Shown: positions 11,401 to 24,868, counted from the first letter of the stretch. The stretch is 64,000 nt of DNA from Sminthopsis crassicaudata (GCF_048593235.1 NC_133620.1:27747772-27811771); one strand, 5' to 3'. The notes: a model not told the origin generated them from the sequence alone. Translations and numbers: made by a program.

Positions 11401-11499
11401 CTCTTCCAGCCCAGAAGAGTGTGGGGCTCCCCGGGAGCTTAGCGCAGACTGCACAAAGCAGGAGCTACAAACGCTGGCGTCTTTCTCCCTACGCAGCTC

Positions 11500-11660
11500 C
11501 CCGTGTCACGTCCAGGAGCGCTTGGGGTTCAGGAACGGGATACGCGGACTCTTTAAGGAAGCTCCGCCCGCGCGCTCGCACCCTCGTGACGTCACTTCAT
11601 ACGACCAATACGCTTGCTCGTTGCTGGCAGGAGGTTGGACTCCGCGGCCCTGGGGGAGGA
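11500..11660 (+). promoter_or_regulatory. EFCAB14 CpG-island promoter with palindromic CRE and CCAAT box
   Basis: GTGACGTCAC at 11586-11595 (full CRE/ATF site) and CCAAT at 11605, in CpG-dense DNA about 300 nt before the ATG. Confidence 0.65.
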
Positions 11661-11888
11661 GCGTCGGGGCCGGGCCGGGGCCGGGGCCATGGGCTGGGAG
11701 CGGAGCCCGCGGCCGCCCGAGGCCGAACGCGCGCGGGAGCCGCAGCCGGAGGCGCCGAGGGAGCAGAGCGGCTGAGCGGCCCCGGAACGCCCGCCCACGC
11801 CGACCCTCCGCGTCCCCCCGGCCGGGCCGCGCTGGAGCCCGGCGGCTGCTGCTCGGCCCCGGGCGGCCCCCTCACGCCGCCCAAGAAG

Positions 11889-12124
11889 ATGAAGAAGCGC
11901 AAGGAGCTGAACGCGCTCATTGGCCTGGGCCCCGGGGACGGGCGCGGCCGCAGCCGCCGCAGCCGCCGGGCCTGGAAGGGCGCCGCGGGCCACCGGCTGC
12001 TGCGCACCGAGCCGCCCGCCTCGGGCTCCGCGTCCAGTTCGGAGGACGAGGACGAGGACGACGAGGACGAGGACGAGCGCGGCGCCGGCGGAGGAGTAGG
12101 GGGCGCCCGCGCGCGCTTCGCCAG
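11889..12124 (+). CDS. EFCAB14: EF-hand calcium-binding domain protein 14, exon 1
   Basis: MKKRKELNALIGL...HRLLRTEPP...RFA matches the EFCAB14 N-terminus; donor AG|gtggga, phase 2. Confidence 0.95.
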
Positions 12125-12563
12125 GTGGGAAGGGGCGCTGCGCAGCGGGAGGGGGGAGGGGTGTGATGGGGGAGGGGCGGAGGAGGCTTCTAGAGACCGA
12201 GGGAGACTCCGTCTCCAGTCCGGCAGAGGTCCCTAAGGCCATGTATGGGACTTCACAAGTCAGGAGAGGGGGTGAGACGTGAGGGATTACAGCAGCGGGA
12301 GCCCGGAGAGCAACGGCCTGTGGGACCCCGGAAGGGGAAGGGGGGACGCGGAAGCCGCACCTGCCCCAGGTGCTTTTTTCGGGCAAGATTTGAACCCGGG
12401 TCTTTGGCACCCCACCCCCACCCCCCGGGTCGCTCACGCCCTCTCGCAAAGGTGTTAGAAAGGAGGCTTTTTCGGGTGCAGGGCCCAGCCCCCGCAGGAC
12501 CCGGGCCGGGTTCCGGAGCAGGTGGCGCGGGCCGGGCTGACCCTTCCTCCGGCTTCTTTTCAG

Positions 12564-12712
12564 AGGGGACTATTTCCGCTGCTGCAAGGTCTGCTACCCC
12601 CTGTGCACCTTCGTGGTGCTGGCCGCCTGCGTGGTGGCCTGCGTGGGCCTGGTGTGGATGCAGGTGGCCCTGAAGGAGGACCTGGATGCCCTCAAGGATC
12701 AGTTCCGGAGCC
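12564..12712 (+). CDS. EFCAB14: EFCAB14 exon 2 (transmembrane segment)
   Basis: ttttcag|A GDYFRCCKVCYPLCTFVVLAACVVACVGLVWMQVALKEDLDALKDQFRS C|gtaagt; 149 nt. Confidence 0.97.
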
Positions 12713-13825
12713 GTAAGTACGGGGGGCACACCGGCCCCCCTCCGAGGGCGAGCCGAGAGAGCGGAAGCGTCCGGCGGCCAGAGAGCCCGGGGGAGGAGGG
12801 GTCCGAGCCCCAGGGAGCCTCCCAGGAGGGTGAGGGGATGCCGCGGAGCCACGGCAGGAAGGTCTTCTCCGACCTGGGCAAGGCCTCCCCGCCTCTGGAG
12901 GGGCAGGGGTGTCCACTCCCCTTACCGGCCTTTCAGGGTCTTTGAGCCGCCCTGAGGGAGGAATGACCCTCCAGGACTGAGCCCCACGAGAGAGAAATAC
13001 AGGCTTAGAACTTTCCAGAGCTTCTCAGGAGATCCGAGTGGTGGGCTGTGGGCGCAGGGGGGGCGGGGCCACCAGAGGGGTCAGTGCTTTTGCCACGCTC
13101 CGGGTGGATTATAAGAGAGGGTTCTATTGGGTGAAAATGGAGGTCAGGACACGAGTGACAGCTCTGCGCGTGTGTGAGCAAGGAAACTTTAAAACTAACG
13201 AGCTCCTGGGCCGAAGCAGGGAAACGCGGGTCAGTGGTTTTGGTTCACTGGGTCAGCCGCCCTCCCAGCCCCCGTAGACTGTGCTTGTTCATGACGATCT
13301 TTTACAGGGTGCAGTTAGCTTGGGGATGGCACCTGCCGTGCTGACAGGCAGTCTCAGAAAGGAGCATGTTTTACCGGGAAACCGTTCAGTTTATTACTTG
13401 TTCATTTATGGAGGCTTAGGGGCGGGCGGGACAGCCCCCACGCTGGGATCACAGGAGCGCCCCTGGGCCTTGGGCACGCCGCCCTCCTCTGGGAGGGAAC
13501 CGAGGGCTTGCCTGGCACAAGAGAGGCGCCCGTGAGGCAGGCGGCTGTAAGCGGGCGCCGCCATGTTGGGGGGGGTCTGAAGGTGGCCTGGCCTGGAAAG
13601 TCTGACTCAGCCAGAACATCCCCTCAGAGACTCGCCTGAGAGGGGGGCTTGCAGCAGACGGGCCTCCAGCCTGTTACCAGATGGTCTAGAAATAGAACAC
13701 ACCCCATATTTAGGCTAGCTGGGAGCTGACCCCTTACCCTGACAGATCATAAGCACCACAACTACCCTGGCAACCTCCTCGAAGAAGGAGGCCGCCAGAG
13801 CCGAGCTCGCCTGCAGGCCTCAGGG

Positions 13826-14522
13826 GGCGCCTCCTGCCCCACACTGGCGGCTCCTGCCCCATGCCTGGCGCCTCCCGCCCTCCTGCCCCACACTGGCGGC
13901 TCCTGCCCCACACCCAGCGGCTCCCGCCCTCCTGCCCCACACCCGGCGGGCGGCTCCCACTCTCTTGCCCGGAGGCTCCTGCCCCACGCTGGCGGCTCCC
14001 GCCCTCCTGCCCCACACCCGGCGGGCGGCTCCCGCTCTCCTGCCCCACACCGGAGGTCCGGAGGTCCTGCTCCACGGGGCTCCTGCCCCACGCCGGAGGC
14101 TCCTGCCCCACGCTGGCGGCTCCTGCCTCATGCTGGCGGCTCCCGCCCTCCTGCCCCACACCTGGCGGCTCCTGCCCCACACCCAGCGGCTCCCGCCCTC
14201 CTGCCCCACACCCGGCGGGCGGCTCCCACTCTCTTGCCCGGAGGCTCCTGCCCCACGCTGGCGGCTCCTGCCCCACGCTGGCGGCTCCTGCCCCACGCTG
14301 GCGGCTCCTGCCTCATGCTGGCGGCTCCCGCCCTCCTGCCCCACACCCGGCGGGCGGCTCCCGCTCTCCTGCCCCACGCCGGAGGTCCGGAGGTCCTGCT
14401 CCACGGGGCTCCTGCCCCACGCCGGAGGCTCCTGCCCCACGCTGGCGGCTCCTGCCTCATGCTGGCGGCTCCTGCCCCACGCTGGCGGCTCCTGCCTCAT
14501 GCTGGCGGCTCCCGCCCTCCTG
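13826..14522. repeat. Complex C-rich VNTR in EFCAB14 intron 2
   Basis: Short units such as ctggcggctcctgccccacg, with long internal duplications (13911 vs 14180; 14050 vs 14379). Confidence 0.93.
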
Positions 14523-16299
14523 CAGCGCTTCTACTTCAAAGTCGTTTTCAGGCTCCCAGACTGTCCCAAACAACAGAGGCCCTTCCTGGAGGGGAGAACA
14601 CTGAGGGCGGCTCGGGGCCCTCCTGGCCAGGGACTCAGGGGACTTGTTGCTGTTTGCTTGAGAGTCTGCATCCATCTGACCCACTCTCCTCATCTCCTGT
14701 AGAATAGCTGATGAGGAGAGAGCTTTACATTTGAGTTAATTATCCTTTTTAGACCCTCTCGCTCGGCGTCCTTGTGGAGTGTGATGAGCAGTTGCTAGTG
14801 GCTCTGATGTGCATCAGTCTAACCGGGAGTCCCGATCCCAGCCGCAGAGGGTGTTTTTCGAACCTTCCCGACCCGTGATTGCGGGGTGCGCGTGGTGACG
14901 TGGTGGGCTTTGCTGCAGGAGCTCCACCGGGTGTTTGCCATCACGTGGGGTGTTTTGTTTGTAAGGGAATATATTCATCCTTAGGTTGTTTCCCTTCTTG
15001 GAGGTGAATAGGGAAAAACCCGAGCCTGCAGTTGTGGCCTTGGGATGGTAAGGAAGTGGACAGGGAAGCCTGCCCAGCTGGGCTTCCATAAAGACCTCCA
15101 GACCAGACTGTTTCCCCCACTTCTCTGGGGCCTCACGCTGCTTTGCACACAGTAGGTACCTAAGCAGTGACTGTTGACTTAAATTACAGGAGAAAAGAGA
15201 GAGCAATCAGAGCCAGAGCTTAAGGATCCAGGAAATCCTGCTAATTCCTCTTCTGCACCTCCTCCTTAGTCTTTAAAACTTTTGCTTTTGATTTTAAGTC
15301 TACTTCAGTAATTAGTTCCATCTAAATTTCAATACAGACATTGGCTGTGGATCCTAAGTAAGAGGAGTTGTTTGTCTCTCCTCAGGACTTCCTGGGAAGC
15401 CAAAGCCTCTCCCTGTCCATGTATCATTAAAAAAAAAAACCCATAGATAAGCTTGTATTAAGCACCTGCTGTGTGCCGGGCACTCTCCTGAGTGATGGGG
15501 ATACAAAGAAAGGCAGAAGCTTGGGCCCTGCCTCTGGGAGCGCTCAGCCTCAGGCAATCACATAAGCCACAGATAGTTGGAAGTGGTCCGGAGAAAGGGG
15601 AATGGAGAAAGGCCTCTTGGAGATGGTGGGATTTTCGGTGGGTTCCCTGGGTCCTGCCTCTGCCCCTCGGCGGTCGGTCACTCCTCAGCTAGAAGCGACA
15701 GCCATCTCTATAGGACTCAGTGCTGGCCTGGAACAGAACAAGGCGCAGCCTGTGACAGATGTCCCATGGGGGCAGAGAGGTCTGACGTAGGGAGCCTCCT
15801 TGGGCTCCCCCTCAGGCAAGAGACCAGCCCTCGGGCCCTCCCAGGATCCCCATCCCCAGGACCTCCCCAGCAAGTGCTTAGATGGCAGATTGGGGCTCCC
15901 TGGAGCGTCCTTTAATGGCATTTACTCAGACGCTAGGGTGGGGTTGTTTGCCTGAAAGAGCCTCTGGATTGACGGTCTCCCCAGCATGCCCAGGGGTTCC
16001 TGGTGGGTCGAGGAAGACTCCGCAGTGGGCTGCTGGGAATCTTCCCTGCATCAATGTTGCATGAGGTGTTCTTGGTGTTGAAATCTCATGAATTAGTCAT
16101 TGGGGCTTGTTGCTTGCACTTCCTCCTGTGTACTTAGCCAGAGTACTGCTTCTCCTTCCTTAGGAGGCCACACTGAGGGTCCTGCAGGGCCTGCCACGGT
16201 CCTGGGCTCGGCTTCTTGCCGGAGAGCCCCAAACTGGGAGGAGTCCTTTGGTTGTCTCACTCTTCTGGTGAAGATGGGGAGGTGGGGAGCCAGTAAGTC

Positions 16300-17000
16300 A
16301 GGTGGGTTCAGAACTGGCAAGGTGTCTTTACTCAAAGGACAGCTGTTCACACAGTGGGAGTTCTCTGGTGGAGACCTCCAGAGACCCGTCTGGGGCCTGT
16401 GCTGCCTTATGTTTATCAATGACTGGGATAAAGGCATGCGAATCCTGCTCTTAAGACTTGCAGATGACTCAGCTGGGAGGGAGCTAACCAACCCACTGGA
16501 TGACTGGGTCAGGATCCAAAATGACTGTGACAGACTTTAGAACCTTGCCCACAAATTCAATAAAATGAAATCTCATGGGCATGAATGTAAAACACTTGAG
16601 TATTAAAGTCAGTCTCACAGTATAAGGTAGGGGAGGTACAGGTAGCAGTGATTGTTCTGAAAATGATCTGGGGTTTTCAGTGGATAATAAGGTCAACAAG
16701 AATCATCTAGGAAGATATGGCAGCCAAAAGAACTAATGCATTAAGGCAGGTGGAGCTTCCAGGAACAGGGAAGTGGGCGTCTCTCTGTCCTGTGTCCTAA
16801 CCAGATGTCATCAAAGGATTATATTCAGGCCTGGGAACCATTGTCTAAGAACACTGGCAAGCTAAAACATTTCCATAGGTGGGCAAACGGGTTGATGAAG
16901 GGCCCTCAGTCTGTGACAGATGGAGATTGGTTAGAAGTTGGGGCATTTGACCTGGAAGAGAGATAGGGCTTGATGACTGTGCAAGTATCTAAAGAGCCAT
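16300..17000 (+). mobile_element. Ancient CR1/L3 LINE reverse-transcriptase fragment
   Basis: Translation FINDWDKGM...LADDS...RIQNDCDRL then kmk..CKTL resembles the CR1 motif FINDLD..FADDTKL..IQ.DLDRL..KCKVLHLG. Confidence 0.8.
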
Positions 17001-20000
17001 CCTATAGAGGAGGCCTTGTCTTCCCGGCTTGGGAGAGTGAGCCCAGGAACCATGGGGTGGGGTCTGGCAGGCTGGGGGCAGGAAAGTCACCCTACCCGTG
17101 AGAACTATCCAGAAGTAGAAGAGGCTGCCTTGAGACAAATGAGCCTCCCCCCCAGAAGTCCAAAGTCCCTATGTCCAATATTTTCTAGTGAAGACTCTTT
17201 TGGTGATGACTTGGACGATGGCCACTGATGCCCTTTCCAAGTCTCAGATTCTGTGATTTAGAGCCTCTCTTTGGCAGGCCCCAAATGAGAGCATCATTGG
17301 CCCACGGACACCCTTGTTGCCTCAGGATCAGGGTCAGCGTGGCCTCACTAGTCCCCACCAAGCCAGGCAGTTATCCGTGTGCCTGCATGTGATACCCTCA
17401 AAGTGGGCAGCATGGGACAAAGGAAAGAAATGGTGGCCCTGGGCTTCCATCTCACTTCGGATACAGATTCCTCTGTTACTTTGGGCAGCCCACTTTCATT
17501 TCCCTGCCAGATGAGGAGGAGGATGTCTGCTGAGAGCCCTCCTAGCCCTTGGTCCTGAGGAGGGACAGGCAGACATCCAGATTAATATGAAAGAAGGGAG
17601 CTTGGCTGGCTTAATTCAGGAGAAGATAACTTGTGTTGGAATTAGCACATCATTTTCATTGGGATTTTGTACCATGGCATGAAAGATAAGGAATGGGCAT
17701 ACTAGTGCTTTTTACCATTAATGGAAATACACACAGTGAACCCTGTTCTGACCCTCTGTATACCTTTCTCTACCCCCACCCCGTTCCCAGGTACTCATGC
17801 CTCATATCGCTTGGATATGTACAGACACCTGTGTCTCCTGGCCCTTTCTACGGAGGGTGAGCTCCTGGAGAGCAGAAAATGTTCTTCTTTTGGTGAACCC
17901 AGTGCTTGATGCACAGTCAATGCTTGACGCACAGTCAGTGCTTAATTTGTTCATTGATTTTTACTCACCTGTGTCTAAAATGAAGCCTGCCTAAGAGTGC
18001 TGGTGATAGAAGGAGCACAAGGCTGCATTGCTTTAGGGCAACTAACTTGAGAGGCCCACGTCTCCAAGGTGGAAGTGACCCTTGTACTCTTACTGCTCAG
18101 GGCCTGCATGTTAGAGATGAGAAACCAAAACTGGGGGGTGGGGGAGAACTCGCCCAGAGAAACAGCTGCTTCATGCCCAGCTGGGCGAGGCTCCCACTGT
18201 CAGCTGCCAGCCTGGTCCTTTGCTGTTCTACCGAGCTGTCCATGTGGAGCCCTCACTTGATGTGGCTTATTAAAGTTTGCTGGTAATGGAAAGCACAGGG
18301 GGATTCCCTTCTCCTGTCCCCTGGGCTTTCTTTAGCTTCCCTGAATACTTTCAACTCCTTTCTCTATTGAGAGAAATGATTATTTTTTATTATATTAATT
18401 AGGATCCAGGCTTTTTTTTTTCCTTATTCAGACACCAGCCCTTAAGTGTCCAAAGAGCATGACAGGTAGAGGAGATTGCCCTAAACCTTGGGGTACATGT
18501 TCCTCATCTTGGGCAGGATCCTTGAGGATGCTACTTTGAAGTATAAACAGAATCTAATATAGGTAAATTCTCTGAGGATAAGCCCGTGTCCTTGCACAGG
18601 CCTCTCTCTCCCCCTCAAATCGGGTTTAGGATGACTGAGCTCATGAAGGAGAGATGGATTCCTCTGGCCAGAGGCCTGGGAGCACTGACTCGAATTTTCA
18701 GCAGGAGAAGCTGAATCCTTTTGGCCCACCACCACCTCATTTTAACATCTACCAATCGGGGTTGATTTCTCCTGTTGGGAATTCCCTTTCCAAAAAGTCT
18801 TTAACGTATCCTCGATTAGAGGTCTTTGGTGAGCAAGAGAAACCACTGACCACCAATTTATTGATTATTAACTAGCCTAATAAAATGGTTATTACCCAGA
18901 AATTCTGTCCCTTAAATTTGTTCACTTATCACACTATCTGCTAGTTTGCTTCAAGTCCCTATGAAGATTTAGGAAGGTGTTTCCTCAAAGTACATTAGTG
19001 GCTGGTTCATTATAGCAGTTTGTTAAGAGCTAGCGTAATAATGAATGTTCAAGCAGCCTTGGCATATGAGAAGGGGGTGGGGATGTGTTTCGTATGTCTT
19101 AGATACTATTTTGAGTGTCATTTGGGTAGAATGTTGTCACTTAAAGTTGTAGAAACTATATAGGTTCTCCAGGGCTCCTGCTAGCCCAGGAATCTTGAAA
19201 ATCTCTTAAAAGAGAAAGCTCTGTATAACTGCAGCTCGTAGCTTGTCTTCATTGTGTAGATTGTCTAGGCCCCAAATCCTTTATGAAAAGAGGAATAAAG
19301 AGGACTTTAGTGTCATAACTCCCAAGTCCAAGGCCCTACCAACTGCCCTCTTGATAACCTGATGCCTAAACTAAATCCTTCCCCCCAAGCCAGGCCCAAA
19401 TCTTCTTTGAGCTGGTCGAGTTCTCAGTGTACAGTTTCTCAGTCCCCTCCCTGCATAATTAGGGACCAGTGTGGCTGGTGAGCAGACAGATTACAGTAGA
19501 GGCTTAAGGTTTTAGAGAGGAAAAGATTAGAAAGATTTAACTTAGTCATGTGGTAAAGGGATGGCGCTCCCCACCTTTGTTCTGAACTTAAGTACAGTGT
19601 GAAAAAAATGCCAAATGTGAATAGTGCACCTTGGAAGGCCTGGAGGGTTGAACTGTTTCCAGCTAATATCTGTGTGGTATTTTGGGGCACACAGGGTGCT
19701 TCTATAGATATAATCTCAGCAGATCAGGGTCCAGCAGGGTAAAGATTTTTATCTCTCTTAACACTTTAGAAAGTTGGGGCTCTAAGAGGGAATATATGGG
19801 CTAGATGCCCCCAGGGAGGAGGTAGCAGAGTTGAAACCAGAACCCCCCATTTTAAAGACTTGGACTCTTCCTCCTCCTCTTTATAAGTCCTGCTGTCCTC
19901 CCAAGTATAGAAGATGTTCTTCACACTGTGTTTGGTGAGAACAGAACAGTACGTGTCCTTCCCCTACTTAGGTAGTTGGACATTCACTCATTTTGTGGTC

Positions 20001-20048
20001 ACAGAGATTACTGGCTGCTATTGCTGATCTTCTTCTTTTTGGTTTTAG

Positions 20049-20194
20049 TGGAATCTAATCAGAAAAGCTCATTCCAAGAGATCCCCAAACTAAATGAAGA
20101 ACTCCTCCGCAAACAAAAGCAGCTGGAGAAGATTGAATCTGGAGACCTGGGCTTGAGCAAAGTCTGGATAAACATCACAGAAATGACCAAACAG
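20049..20194 (+). CDS. EFCAB14: EFCAB14 exon 3
   Basis: ttttag|TG ESNQKSSFQEIPKLNEELLRKQKQLEKIESGDLGLSKVWINITEMTKQ|gtaga; 146 nt. Confidence 0.97.
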
Positions 20195-23100
20195 GTAGAA
20201 GGGGTTTGGTTCCACTGCTCTAGAGCTCCCTGCCTATAGCTAAGAGAAGGCCCAGGCCAGGAGAAAGCCTTTTGTCTGGATAGTTCAGGAAATGCAGATG
20301 AAATTAGGTGATATGGTATGGTCATCTGACTTAACTCAGCTCATTTGGCAGTTGAGCCATCAGCCTGAAGTTGCCATAGGCATGTCCTTTCTGAAGACAG
20401 AGACAGGAGTGTCCTTTCCAGGCACAGAGAGTTGAGGTCAGTGCCATCCTCAGAGGACCAATGTCTGAAGGGCCGCCCTAAGATGGTCCCCAAAGGTCAC
20501 AGAAACAAGAATCCTGTTTGAAACGGGATAGCCAAACCAAAAGAAACTGAAAAGGCATTTTCCACTTCCCAAGTCCTCCTAGATTTACCAAGATTGAATA
20601 CTAGGAACAGACCTTTTATTAATGATATCTTATTTTATTGCATGGACTTTCAAAAACTGCCTTTTACTAAAATAGCCTCAGGTCCCAGCCTGGACTCTGG
20701 TCTCTGCAATCTCTTCCAAATCAAAGATTCAGCGATTCTGGCATGAAATATTAAAATGCTGTGTTCAAACGCAGCCAAAGCTGCTCTGCTCTGCACCCCT
20801 TCCTCCAAGATGAGATGCTGCTTCTGGCCTAGATTGGGGAGGTGGGGCAGGAGAGGGCAGTACTCTGATTTGTTTTGTCAGAAAGGGCTGGCACCTTGTA
20901 CCTGAGGGTGTGATGCAGAGCCAGCAGCTGTGGCCAGGCAGCAGGGGCTCTAGAGCAAAGGATGCTGGGTTCCATCTGGTTCACAGGGTTGGAGAATGGC
21001 ATTGCCCAGGGTCCCCCCCAGGTTTGGGGAGTGGGTGGTGCTCCCTGGGTCCTCAGAAGGTGACTTTCCTTGCTGACAATTCACTAAGAAAACAAGCCTA
21101 TGTGAGCGAGGGAGGGGAGCATCCAGGTGTGTTTAACTTAGGTTTATTTGGTGCCCCCGGAGCTGAACAGAGTCTGACATTTGGGCACAGTGCAGGCCTG
21201 GAGTGCTCAGACTAGGAGTGGGCCCTGAGGGGACAAGCCCTCCCTGTCAGCTGTGCTTCCTCCGAGATTGCCATCTAGAAGAGGAATGGTCAAGGGGAAA
21301 ATCAACCAAGCTTCAAGGAGGAGCTTCTCTGTTTCTCAGGTCTGGCCTTCTCGGCCCCACTATTCATCAGGCACCGGGGCCTGGTTATGGAGCCAGGGCA
21401 GTTCCCAGGGCCAGCTCAGAGTTAGGAGGGGCCCAGCCCGATGGCTTTGGGTCTGGCTGGGTGAGGGCCTCCCTCTGGGGACCTGGGGTCCCTGTGCTTT
21501 TGCCTCCACGCTAAAGCCTCCCCTATTGTTCCATAGGGCCTGCTTCCCCCTTCGCCTCGAGGCCCTCAGAGGCCAGTTTTGGCGTCACGCCACCTGCTGT
21601 CCTTTACCTTCTGCCCAAGGCTTCTCAGGCCGGTTACTTCACCTTGCTGGTTTCAGTTTTCTCATCTGTAAAATGAGGCGCTGAGACCAAGTCCAGAGGT
21701 TTTCACTTTTTCTCTGCCCTGGACTCTCCTTTGGCACCTTGGTGAAACCTACGGACTCCTGAATCATGTTTTTCATGAGTAAAACAAAGTAAATGGGATT
21801 ACAAGGAGAAAACATTCCGATTAAGACTCCCTGGGCTGTGGGCTGGCAGAGGTCCCTTCAGCAACACAAGCCCAGGGTCAGCTCCATGGGCTCCTCACTC
21901 ATAGCCATTTCTGAGCCTCCAGAGCAGGAAAAGGCACCGACTCTTGGGGGCGGGCCCCTCGGGGCTGCCTCGGCCAGAAGGAGCAGAAGACGAAAACAGC
22001 CCGCTGGCGTACGACAAGGGCTGGCATGTAGCACAGGGTCGCCCACGGTGGCTATTTTTACTCCTGCTCATTTCGAGCCGCCTCCTTATGAGTGCAGCAC
22101 TTTTATTTTAAGCAGCTCTGGGTGACTCATCCCCAGCTCAGGCTGTGGGATCCCTCCCTCTTTCAGTTTTCAATGAGCTCTGCTTTTTAAGTCCTCCCAT
22201 TCATGGAGCTATCAAGCTAGTTATAGCAGAAGGTGGCAGCAGGCTCCATCTTGTCCCTTCAGGCCCGCTTCCCGACTCCTTTGCAGTGTGGAAGAGGGGT
22301 CTGCCTCAGAGTGGTACCCTGACAGGGAGTCACCAAGGGCTGGCATCCAGATTCAGTGTCATGGTTTGGGGGCTCCTTCCAAGGTTCCTGATTCCTTAGA
22401 GGATCTGAGGGCCTTGCCAAAGGCTAACGGGTTACCCAAAGCTAGGAAGGGTAGTCCTGCCCAGCAGCTACACTCTGTTTGGTGGAGATGCTAGCAGCCT
22501 TCTGCATGCCTCTGTGGCTCTGGGCAGAGACCTGATGGCCTTCTGGGCCCTGGAGGCGGGGCCTGCCTGATTCCCTGGCCTCATATTTCATAAGGGAAGG
22601 AGCTTTGGAGGAAATGGTTACCCTGTGATTGGCTGGGTTTGTGAACTGACCACATTCTGTCCTTCTCTGCTGGCACCTTTCCTCTGCTTCGTGTTTCTCC
22701 TTGGCCCAGATTTCCTTCTTACCAACTCCTCTTCCTTCAGTTCCTCCCAATCTTGCTCCCTCTAAGTCCCACTCAGGTCTTCCCACCGCATTCAGCCTGC
22801 AGTAGGGGTTCATCATCACTGGACTGTCTTCAGCGTACTTTCTCCAGGCCCGCTGGGGCATTAGTTCTGTCCTGCCTCGGCGAAGGCAGACTTGTTCCTA
22901 GTGTATTGTAGCTCCTCCCCGTCCTCTGCCTCCAGCGTCCAGATCGGCAGCCCCTGTGGCCGAGGGCTGTCCAGCTCTCTTCCTCCTTGATCTGCAGAAC
23001 CCCTGCTCAGTTTCTGAATCTGCTCAGAAAGACCTGAGAAAGAAGGCAGAGGAAAGCGGAAAGGGCAGAGGCTGGCCCTAACTCAGCTCTTCTGCATCCC

Positions 23101-24769
23101 CAGGGGGAGGGGCTGCTATGAACCCTATTTTACAGATGAGGAATTAAGGCTCAGAGGGACTTTCCCCTGGCCACGTAGCTAAAAGTAGTAGATGTGAACC
23201 TGTCTCCCTGAATCCCATCTTCAGCCCACCTGCTCTACCAGGCTACCTGGAGAATTCTAATACACACATTGCTGTTAAATGCTGAAGCAGTCAGTTGGCC
23301 AGGTGTGCTGGGGAAACAAAGGGGAAAAATGGGCCTTGTGTTTAAGAAGCTGACCTGTAAAGGGAGGCAGCCCACACATAAGGTTCTACATTGTCATCCC
23401 CTGCATATGGGCAAGACAGTCTTAGAAGGGAGCGCTAGCCACCAGGAGGTAGGGCAGCGGGATGCGTCCAGAAGGGCTTTGTGTAGGAACTGGAAATTGC
23501 CCTGTGGTGGGGAGGGGAGCGCTCCAGTTAGCATCTTGTGTGGGGAGAACAGCACTGGCCAGTGGGCTAAACCGGAAATGATGGGGAACAAGGTAGGAGA
23601 GCCCGCGGAGGGGACTTTAAAGCCTGTAGTTTGTATTTGATCTTGGGACTAATAGGCAGCCACTGCAACCTTCTAGGCCAACCAGGATGTAATTGTCCAG
23701 GAGAGGGGGGACCAGAACCTGAACAGACTGCCGGCCACGTGAGTGTAGAGGATGCGTAAGAAACATGGGAGAAGGAGGAGTCGAGGATGATTCTGAAAGT
23801 GCAGGCCTGAGTGGGCAGAGCATGGTGAGAGCCTGGCCAGAGACAGGGGACACCAGAGCCGAGGGCTCGTTCCAGCCAGCCGTAGCTCAGTGCAGAGGAA
23901 GGGTCTCCTTAACTAGACCCAAATTCACCTCTGCAGCTTTACCTTTTCTCCTAATTCAATCAGTTGAAGCCATTCAGGGCAAGATGAATCCCTCTTCTCT
24001 GTAACAGTCCTTCAGATACCAGAAAATAGCCTTCATATGGGCTCCTCCTTTCCACCTGCAGCCCCAGCCCCCAAACCAGAGTCCTGTTCTCCATCCTCAA
24101 CGTCCCTCCTTCCTTCAGCCAGTACTTAGTAAGGTGTCCAGGCCCTTCACCTTCCAGATAGCACTTCTCTGCATCGGTTCTAGTTTTTCACGACCTTCTT
24201 GAAGTAAAGGCCAGGAAGTGAACCCCGTCCTCCATATAGAATCTGGTGAGGGCCAAGGACTTGTTCCCACAGACAGGAGAGGACGCTGTCTTTTATTTTG
24301 AACCCAGCACCTGTTTTAATGAGCTGCTCGTGTTTTAAGTCCTTAAGTCAGGAAGCTCCTTGGTAGCCTGCCAGGCACATTTGTTTGAGCCACAAGGAGC
24401 TGTCAGCAGCTCCCATGCCTTAGATTTCCAGTTTTTTCCTGCAGAGTGCAAGGGCGACTCTGGCCGCCCAGACACCGAGCACTCATAGATCAGTGAATGG
24501 CCCAGGTGCGATTCTATGCCAGTATCTCATCTCTACATTGAGGTCACATCGTGGCGGCCCATGGCACCTTTATGCTTGAGGGTCCGGGGGGAAGTCTGAG
24601 AGACCCACGGCCTCTAAACTCTCAGGCCTGGGCAGCCCCACCAAGGAGGGAGCAAGTGCCCCGTGAGAACAGGCCATGGCAGTGGGGTCCAAGGCCAGGA
24701 ATTCTGGAGAAGAAGATCATGATTTCCAAAAAGGGCTTTCTCATCTTTTTTTTTTTTTTTAAATTCCAG

Positions 24770-24868
24770 ATTGCTTCATTGACTTCTACAGTGAACCATC
24801 TCAAAGCTAACATTAAATCGGCTTCAGATTTGATTAGCCTGCCTGCCACTGTCGAGGGACTTCAAAAG
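24770..24868 (+). CDS. EFCAB14: EFCAB14 exon 4
   Basis: ttccag|IASLTSTVNHLKANIKSASDLISLPATVEGLQK|gtaagg; 99 nt. Confidence 0.97.

Noticed and set aside
10786-12236. Long ORFs through the 45-bp repeat, one in frame with EFCAB14 (11289-12236)
   Set aside because: They start inside the VNTR, upstream of the CRE/CCAAT promoter elements; homology begins at MKKRKELN.
13734-14707. Several 110-250-aa ORFs on both strands
   Set aside because: They are products of the intron 2 VNTR.
14780-14810. Box C (TGATGA) and box D (CTGA) pair suggesting a snoRNA
   Set aside because: The boxes are only about 15 nt apart and there is no convincing terminal stem.
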